This document shows positions 57,956 to 64,000 of a stretch of 64,000 nucleotides of DNA, one piece after another (within the stretch, counting starts at the first letter, position 1; the number at the start of each line of letters is the position of its first letter). The position numbers and the translations under genes are program-made. The DNA lies in NCBI GenBank assembly GCA_964494475.1, contig CAZBRS010000003.1:3035-67034 (forward strand), written 5' to 3'. Source of the stretch: an uncultured Myxococcales bacterium (lineage in GTDB: Bacteria > Myxococcota_A > UBA9042 > CAZBRS01). The notes under the pieces are model-generated. The model saw only the letters and a program-made list of their open reading frames with translations. It was not told the origin of the DNA and did no database searches.

Positions 57956-59047
57956 TCAACGGCGACCTCGGCGGCACCCGGCCTTCAACCCGTCCAGCAG
58001 CCTCCGGACCAGCGTCTGGGCGCCCGCGTTGCTGGCGAGCCCCAGGGCGAAGGCCACGGCCAGGGGCCCCGGCGTTCCCTTCACCAGGGTCAGGAAGTAC
58101 ATCGCCGCGGCGTCGTTCACGTCGTCGGCGGCGCCACGGAGCCAGCGCTCCTCGTTCGTGAAGGTCTCGCCGTCGAAGCCCCACAGCCCGAGCCCCGCCG
58201 CGGCCCGGGGAAAGAGCTCGCGACGAGCTTCAGCGAAGCGTCCGTCGGGGTCGAGATACCATCGCCGCAGCGTCTTCGCCGCCGACGCGTTCGCAGGGAG
58301 GCCGGAGAGCAGGGGCGCCAGCGCGAACGGCTCGAGGTTGCCGAGCATGTCCCAGGCCGGGGCCCACTTCTCGCGTTCCTCGTCGATGACCCTGGCGTCG
58401 ATGGACTCTCCGCGGACCGCCCGAAACTGCACCTCGGCCAGCCAGCTTCCGAGATCGCCGACCCAGGTCACCGCGTCGACGTTGCGCCGCGCCCACAGGA
58501 CGGGCGGGTACCCCACCACGTCGGGATGGAAGTGCGCGTCGAGCCCGCAGAGCACGTGCCCCACGTCGGTCACGGTGCCATCGACGCGCCGGGCCTCCTG
58601 CGCCAGGAAGGCGGCGGGCACCTGGCCCAGGGCGTCGCGGGGCTCCGTCTGGTCCCGCGTCAGCACCAAGGCCTCGCTGGCGGAGAAGGGCAACGAAACG
58701 TCTTCGGCGGAGACGGTCACGCGACGATAGGGCGAGGGCACGCCCACCGCGTCGGGGGCGGCGATCAGGTGCTGGTTCCAGCCGGGGCCGTCGTAGAAGA
58801 TCTTTCGCAGCCACGTCACCCGCCGCTTCAGGGTGGGGTCGTCCGTCAGCCGGGCCTCCTCGACCTGGAGGCAGTCGAGAGTGTGCTCCACGTCGGTCAG
58901 AACACTTTGATTTTCAACGATAATCGGCAGATCGACGCCGTCGGCGTGCGGGCCGATGACATCCCGCGCGCCCGCCTTCGCGACGTCCAGGTGCCGATCG
59001 GGTTCGTACGACCGCGCCAGGATCCGCGCCAGGTCTTTGCGGTCCAT
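57956..59047 (-). CDS. Hypothetical protein
   Basis: ATG 59047 after AGGAGGAG; LRKIFYD, DGTVTDVGHVLCGLDA, TWVGDLGS, DMLGN motifs; fills the gap between flanking genes. Confidence 0.7.
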   Translation of the reverse strand: MDRKDLARILARSYEPDRHLDVAKAGARDVIGPHADGVDLPIIVENQSVLTDVEHTLDCLQVEEARLTDDPTLKRRVTWLRKIFYDGPGWNQHLIAAPDAVGVPSPYRRVTVSAEDVSLPFSASEALVLTRDQTEPRDALGQVPAAFLAQEARRVDGTVTDVGHVLCGLDAHFHPDVVGYPPVLWARRNVDAVTWVGDLGSWLAEVQFRAVRGESIDARVIDEEREKWAPAWDMLGNLEPFALAPLLSGLPANASAAKTLRRWYLDPDGRFAEARRELFPRAAAGLGLWGFDGETFTNEERWLRGAADDVNDAAAMYFLTLVKGTPGPLAVAFALGLASNAGAQTLVRRLLDGLKAGCRRGRR

Positions 59048-59081
59048 GTCGTCTCCTCCTGAAGGCATGTTTCGAGCCTAT

Positions 59082-59110
59082 TTGACTTCGAGCCGCCAGT
59101 CCACTACCAC
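59082..59110 (+). promoter_or_regulatory. Putative leaderless promoter of Na/Pi cotransporter 1
   Basis: TTGACT-N17-TACCAC-N7-ATG; no SD. Confidence 0.5.
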
Positions 59111-59117
59111 AGACGTC

Positions 59118-60929
59118 ATGAACGCGAACCAACTCTTCCTGCTGCTCGCGACCATCCTCGGAGGGCTGGGGCTCTTCGTCTACGGCATGAAGCTGATGAC
59201 GGAGCACCTCGAGGCCCTGGCGGGCTCTCGGCTGCGCACCCTGCTGAACCGCGTGACGGGCACGCGCCTCTCCGGCGCCGGGGCCGGCACGTTGCTGGGC
59301 GCCATCGTGCACTCGGGGCCGGCCACCGTCATGCTGGTGGGCTTCATCAACGCCGGGCTGCTCACGCTGGCGGCGTCCGTCCCCGTCATGCTGGGCGCCA
59401 ACGTGGGCACCACCCTCAGCATGCAGCTCGTGTCGTTCAAGATCGGCGAGTACTGCTACGTGGCCATCGGCCTCGGGCTGCTCGTCAACCTCGCCACGCG
59501 CCGCGACGCCGTGCGCCACTGGGGCCTCCTGCTCTTCGGGTTCGGGCTCCTGTTCCTCGGCATGGACGCGATGAGCCGCGCCATCGTGCCCCTCAAGCAG
59601 GCGGGCTACTTCCAGGTCTTCCTGGCCCACACCGGCGGCGCCACCGCCGGTGGCCTGGCCCTCGGCATCGTGGCGTCCACCGTGCTCACGGCCCTCGTGC
59701 AGTCGAGCGGAGCCACCATCGGCATGCTGTTCGCGCTCGCGTCGGCGGGCGTGTTCACCGAGCTGTCGCAGGCCTTCCCTCTGGTGCTGGGCGCCCACAT
59801 CGGCACGTGCTCGACCACGCTGCTGGGCAGCCTGGGCACCAACGTCGAGGCGCGCCGCTCGGCCTTGTCGCACCTGCTGTTCAACGTGGTCGGCGCCGTG
59901 CTGGCCGCCTTCCTGGCGCCGCTCTACCTGGAGGCCATCCCGTACACCGCCGACGACCTCACGCGGCAGATCGCCAACACGCACACGCTGGTGCAGGCGC
60001 TGAACGCCCTGCTCTTCCTGCCCTTCAGCGCGCGCTTCGCCCGCCTCATCGAGCTCGTGACCCCCAGCCGCAAACCCCCGACCGCGCGCTCCTTCCTCGA
60101 CGACGCCCACCTGGCGCGCCCCGAGATGGCCATCGTGGCGGTCATCCTCGAGACCAAGCGCATGGCCGTCATCGCCCGCAAGATGGTGCGCCAGGCCATG
60201 CGGGGCCTCATCAAGCTGACCGACGAGCCCTTCCCCGAGGTGATGAAGGAGGAGGCCTCCATCGACCTCCTCACGAGCACGATCAACGAGTACCTGCGGG
60301 CGCTCTCCCAGCGCACGCTGTCGCGACGCCAGTCCGTCATCATCCAGTACCTGGTGCGCGCCTCGCAGGACATCGAGCGCATCGCCGACCACGCCGAAGT
60401 GCTCGTCCAGGCCACGCGCGAAAAGAGCGCCAAGGCCGTGTGGTTCGACGACGAGAGCATGGGCCTGCTGATCGACGTGTTCAAGCAGACCGACCTCGTG
60501 CTGCAGTTGATGATCGACTCGCTGAACCCCGCGCTCGAGTCGTTCGACGAGTGCGCCGACCAGGTGATCGCGGCCCGCCGGGACTACCGGGCGCTCTCGG
60601 CCCGGGTGCGCGACCGCTACGTGCAGCGCGTGCTCGACGGGCAGGACGAAGCGCTGGCGGGGCTGGTCTACGAGGAGTACCTGAACGCCTTCGATCGCAT
60701 CGTCAGCCACTCGAAGCGCATCGCCAACCTCGAGCGCCAGCCCCAGTTCCGCGTCAAGAAGGAGCGCCTCGAGCGCACGGCCGAGCGCCGCTCGCAGCCG
60801 CGGCCGCCAGGCCCCCCGAGCGGCCTGCACGTCGACACGGGCATCTTCCGCACCGACGACCTCGACGGCGGCCTCTCCCCCGACGGCGAATCGTTGCTGA
60901 AGCCCGCGCCTCCAAAGAACCCGGAGTGA
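59118..60929 (+). CDS. Na+/phosphate cotransporter family protein (NptA/YjbB type) with PhoU-like domains, paralog 1
   Basis: GGLGLFVYGM, GANVGTT, QSSGAT, GAHIGT, IANTHT, DIERIADH. Confidence 0.92.
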   Translation: MNANQLFLLLATILGGLGLFVYGMKLMTEHLEALAGSRLRTLLNRVTGTRLSGAGAGTLLGAIVHSGPATVMLVGFINAGLLTLAASVPVMLGANVGTTLSMQLVSFKIGEYCYVAIGLGLLVNLATRRDAVRHWGLLLFGFGLLFLGMDAMSRAIVPLKQAGYFQVFLAHTGGATAGGLALGIVASTVLTALVQSSGATIGMLFALASAGVFTELSQAFPLVLGAHIGTCSTTLLGSLGTNVEARRSALSHLLFNVVGAVLAAFLAPLYLEAIPYTADDLTRQIANTHTLVQALNALLFLPFSARFARLIELVTPSRKPPTARSFLDDAHLARPEMAIVAVILETKRMAVIARKMVRQAMRGLIKLTDEPFPEVMKEEASIDLLTSTINEYLRALSQRTLSRRQSVIIQYLVRASQDIERIADHAEVLVQATREKSAKAVWFDDESMGLLIDVFKQTDLVLQLMIDSLNPALESFDECADQVIAARRDYRALSARVRDRYVQRVLDGQDEALAGLVYEEYLNAFDRIVSHSKRIANLERQPQFRVKKERLERTAERRSQPRPPGPPSGLHVDTGIFRTDDLDGGLSPDGESLLKPAPPKNPE

Positions 60930-60934
60930 TTCCC

Positions 60935-61321
60935 ATGGGGCTCCTCCTACTAATCGGGATCCCGGCGCTCGAGGTGTGGACGCTCGCGCAGATCGGCCAC
61001 CGGCTCGGCTGGTTCGAGACGCTGGCCGCGCTGGTGCTCGTCGGCGTCTTCGGCGTCGCCCTGGCCCGGAACGAGGGGCTGCTCGTGGTCGAGCGCCTGC
61101 GCGCCGCCTCTGCGGCCGGCCGCCCTCCCGAGCGCGAGATCGTCGACGGCCTGCTCGTGCTGATCGCCGGAGCCCTGCTGATCCTGCCGGGCTTCGTCTC
61201 CGACGCCCTGGCCCTCCTGATCCTCTTTCCGCTGACGCGACCCCTCTTCCGGGCGTGGCTCACGCGAAAGCTGCGGGCGCGACGGCGCATCGCGGCCCCG
61301 CCCCCGGACGGACGAATTTGA
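60935..61321 (+). CDS. fxsA: FxsA family membrane protein
   Basis: IPALE..IG..LG, ARNEG, DGLL..AGALLILPGFVSD..LLILFP.TR; alternative GTG at 60926. Confidence 0.88.
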   Translation: MGLLLLIGIPALEVWTLAQIGHRLGWFETLAALVLVGVFGVALARNEGLLVVERLRAASAAGRPPEREIVDGLLVLIAGALLILPGFVSDALALLILFPLTRPLFRAWLTRKLRARRRIAAPPPDGRI

Positions 61322-61346
61322 CTTTGACGTGACGCTCCGGTAACAC
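61318..61346 (+). promoter_or_regulatory. Putative leaderless promoter of Na/Pi cotransporter 2
   Basis: TTGACT-N17-TAACAC-N7-ATG, the same geometry as paralog 1. Confidence 0.5.
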
Positions 61347-61353
61347 GTCGCTC

Positions 61354-63171
61354 ATGAGCGCTGGCAAGCTCGTCTTCCTCATCGCCTCGATCCTCGGAGG
61401 TCTGGGCCTCTTCATCTACGGCATGAAGGTGATGACCGAGGGCCTCGAAGGGCTCGCGGGCGGTCGCCTCCGCAGCCTTCTCGGGCGCCTCACGAAGCAC
61501 CGGATCACCGGAATCAGCGTGGGCACGTTCCTCGGCACGCTGGTCCACTCCAGCGCCACCACCGTCATGCTGGTCGGCTTCATCAACGCCGGCCTGCTCA
61601 GCCTGGCGGCGTCGGTGCCCGTCATGCTGGGCGCCAACATCGGCACGACCCTCAGCATGCAGCTCGTGTCGTTCAAGCTGGGCGAGTACTGCTTCTTCGC
61701 CATCGCCCTGGGCCTGCTCACCCATCTGGCCGCGCCCCGCCAGGCCCTCAAGCAGGGCGGGCTCATGCTCTTCGGCTTCGGCCTGCTCTTCCTCGGCATG
61801 AACGTCATGAGCGACGCCATCGTGCCCCTGAAGAGCGCCGGCTACTTCGAGACCTTCCTCGCCGCCACCGACGGCAGCACGGTCCGGGGCATGCTCCTGG
61901 GCATCCTGGCCGCGACCGCGGTCACCGGCGTCATCCAATCGAGCGGCGCGACCATCGGCATGCTGTTCGCGCTGGCGTCGGCCGGCGTGTTTCGCGACCT
62001 CGCCAACGTCTTCCCCCTGGTCCTCGGCGCCCACATCGGCACCTGCGCCACCGCCCTGCTCGGCAGCATCGGCACCAACCTCGACGCGCGCCGCTCGGCG
62101 CTGGCCCACCTGCTGTTCAACGTGATCGGCGCCGCGCTCGCGGCCCTCGCGTCGCCGCTCTACCTGGCCGTGCTCCCGCTGACCGCCGACGACCTCACGC
62201 GCCAGATCGCCAACACCCACACCCTGGTGCAGTTCGTCAACGCCCTGCTCTTCCTGCCCTTCACGGGGCCCTACGCGCGCCTCATCGAGCGGCTGACGCC
62301 GAGCCGCAAGCCCCCCGCCCAGCGCAGCTTCCTCGAAGACAAGTACCTGGCGCGGCCCGAGATGGCCATCGTGGCCGTCATCCTCGAGACGCGGCGCATG
62401 GCCATCATCGCCCGCAAGATGGTGCGCCAGTCCATGCTCGGGCTGGTCAAGCTGTCCGACGAGCTCTTCCCCCAGGTCCTGAAGGAGGAGGCCTCCATCG
62501 ACCTGTTGACGGCGTCGGTGAACGAGTACCTGCGCAAGGTGTCCGATCGTACGCTGTCGAGGCGGCAGTCGCTCATCGTGCAATACCTGGTGCGCGCCGT
62601 GCAGGACATCGAGCGCATCGCCGATCACGCCGAAGTGCTGGTGCAGACCACGCGCGAAAAGGTCGCCAAGGGCGTGTGGTTCGACGACGAGAGCATGAAG
62701 CTGATGGTCGACGTGTACCAGCAGGCCGACCACGTGCTCGAGCTCATGGTCGAGTCGCTGAACCCGGCCCGCGAGTCGTTCGACGAGTGCGCCGACCAGG
62801 TGATCGCGGCCCGCAAGGAGTACCGCACGCTCTCGGAGCAGGTGCGGGAGCGCCACGTGCAGCGCGTGCTCGACCAGCAGGACGACGCCCTGGCCGGCGT
62901 GGTCTACGAAGAGTACCTGAACGCCTTCGACCGCATCGTGAGCCACTCGAAGCGCATCGCCCACCTCGAGCGCCGCCCCCACTTCCGCGTGAAGAAGGAG
63001 CGCCTCGACCGCACCAGCGAGCGCCGCGCCACGCCGCGACCGCCCAACGCCGCGAGCGCGCTCAAGCTCGACACGGGCCTGTTCCGGGCCGAAGACATCG
63101 ACGACAGCGTGCCGGCCGAAGACGCCCGCATGCTGGAGCCGAACGGCCCGGGGACGCCCCAGGCGCGCTGA
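61354..63171 (+). CDS. Na+/phosphate cotransporter family protein, paralog 2
   Basis: Same motifs as 59118-60929, with long identical peptide stretches. Confidence 0.92.
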   Translation: MSAGKLVFLIASILGGLGLFIYGMKVMTEGLEGLAGGRLRSLLGRLTKHRITGISVGTFLGTLVHSSATTVMLVGFINAGLLSLAASVPVMLGANIGTTLSMQLVSFKLGEYCFFAIALGLLTHLAAPRQALKQGGLMLFGFGLLFLGMNVMSDAIVPLKSAGYFETFLAATDGSTVRGMLLGILAATAVTGVIQSSGATIGMLFALASAGVFRDLANVFPLVLGAHIGTCATALLGSIGTNLDARRSALAHLLFNVIGAALAALASPLYLAVLPLTADDLTRQIANTHTLVQFVNALLFLPFTGPYARLIERLTPSRKPPAQRSFLEDKYLARPEMAIVAVILETRRMAIIARKMVRQSMLGLVKLSDELFPQVLKEEASIDLLTASVNEYLRKVSDRTLSRRQSLIVQYLVRAVQDIERIADHAEVLVQTTREKVAKGVWFDDESMKLMVDVYQQADHVLELMVESLNPARESFDECADQVIAARKEYRTLSEQVRERHVQRVLDQQDDALAGVVYEEYLNAFDRIVSHSKRIAHLERRPHFRVKKERLDRTSERRATPRPPNAASALKLDTGLFRAEDIDDSVPAEDARMLEPNGPGTPQAR

Positions 63172-63180
63172 ATCGCACCC

Positions 63181-64000
63181 CTACAGGTACGTGAACAGGT
63201 CGGCCTTGATGGTCAGCTTGCCGTCGGGGTTCTTGACCGAGACCGGCGCCTTGCCGGGCGTCCCGGGCGGCAGCAGGCACGGGATCTGCGTCGAGTCGGC
63301 CTGGTCCCAGTCGGGCACCGTGCACAGCGCGCCCCCCACGCGCACCTCGGCCGAGCAGCGCAGATAGAGCCCCTTGACGGTCACGAACACGCCCCCGGCC
63401 GCGGGCCCGCTGGTCGGCGCGATCGACGTGAGGATCGGGTAGGGATCGGTGCCCTCGAGCGAGCACTCGACCGCGAAGGTCGTCGGGTTGCAGCGCAGCT
63501 TGCCCTTGATCTTGCCCACGCACCCCGGGTGGGGGCTCGGGTAGATGCAGTCGGCGCCGACGTTCAACCCCTCGTCGACGGCCTCGTCGCAGGTGTCGTC
63601 GATGCCGTTGCACAGCTCGTGGCCGAGGGCCTTCCCGCCGTTGGCGCAGGCGCAGGTGGCCTCGAACTCTTCGCCGTCGTCGACGACCTCGTTGCAGTCG
63701 TCGTCGATGCCGTTGCAGCGCTCGTCGGCGGGCAATTCGAAGCCGTTGGCGCAGCGGCATGCGGGCAGGTCGTCGTCGAGGCGCCCGTTGCAGTCGTCGT
63801 CGACGTGGTTGCAGAGCTCGACGGCCAGGGGCGGCTTCCCGTCGGCGCAGGCGCAGTCGGTCAGGGCCTCGTCGGTGGCCCCGTCGCAGTCGTTGTCGAG
63901 GCGATCGCAGGTGGTCTCGTCGGGCTCGTAGCCCTCGAGCCCGGGCACGAAGCACTGCCAGCCCTCGGCGCCCACGCAAGCCGCCGTCACGGCCCCCGGC
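63181..64000 (-). CDS. C-terminal part of a Cys-rich protein with MopE-type repeats and an IPT/TIG domain (starts beyond the right edge)
   Basis: ELCNxxDDDCNG repeats; PILTSIAPTSGPAAGG..VTVKG...V.NPDG...FTY. Confidence 0.8.
   Translation of the reverse strand, partial: PGAVTAACVGAEGWQCFVPGLEGYEPDETTCDRLDNDCDGATDEALTDCACADGKPPLAVELCNHVDDDCNGRLDDDLPACRCANGFELPADERCNGIDDDCNEVVDDGEEFEATCACANGGKALGHELCNGIDDTCDEAVDEGLNVGADCIYPSPHPGCVGKIKGKLRCNPTTFAVECSLEGTDPYPILTSIAPTSGPAAGGVFVTVKGLYLRCSAEVRVGGALCTVPDWDQADSTQIPCLLPPGTPGKAPVSVKNPDGKLTIKADLFTYL

Overview
High-GC bacterial DNA. The style (Cys-rich secreted lipoproteins, TSP3/MopE-type repeats, anaerobic enzymes) suggests an anaerobic Myxococcota/Deltaproteobacteria-like genome; this is an inference. 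There are about 44 credible CDS, and most other long ORFs in the track are GC3 shadow frames. Housekeeping genes: valS, xth, grpE, an M16 peptidase, ResB/CcsA cytochrome c biogenesis, two SDRs, and tandem Na/Pi cotransporters with fxsA between them. Operons: poly-gamma-glutamate pgsB-pgsC-pgsW; DUF3078-like barrel / TamA / TamB-OmpA fusion / 735-aa membrane protein; and a 9-gene cluster joining a 2-oxoacid:ferredoxin oxidoreductase to a HydABC/Bfu-like module. Accessory content: three intact and one truncated COG1373 ATPase-nuclease genes, each behind its own palindrome; envelope-modification genes set off by a 55-bp promoter-bearing direct repeat, one with striking AT-rich patches; an orphan contractile-injection spike gene; and five large Cys-rich surface proteins. 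No rRNA, tRNA, CRISPR array, transposase or integrase was recognised. All product calls are from motifs read by eye; no database searches were run.
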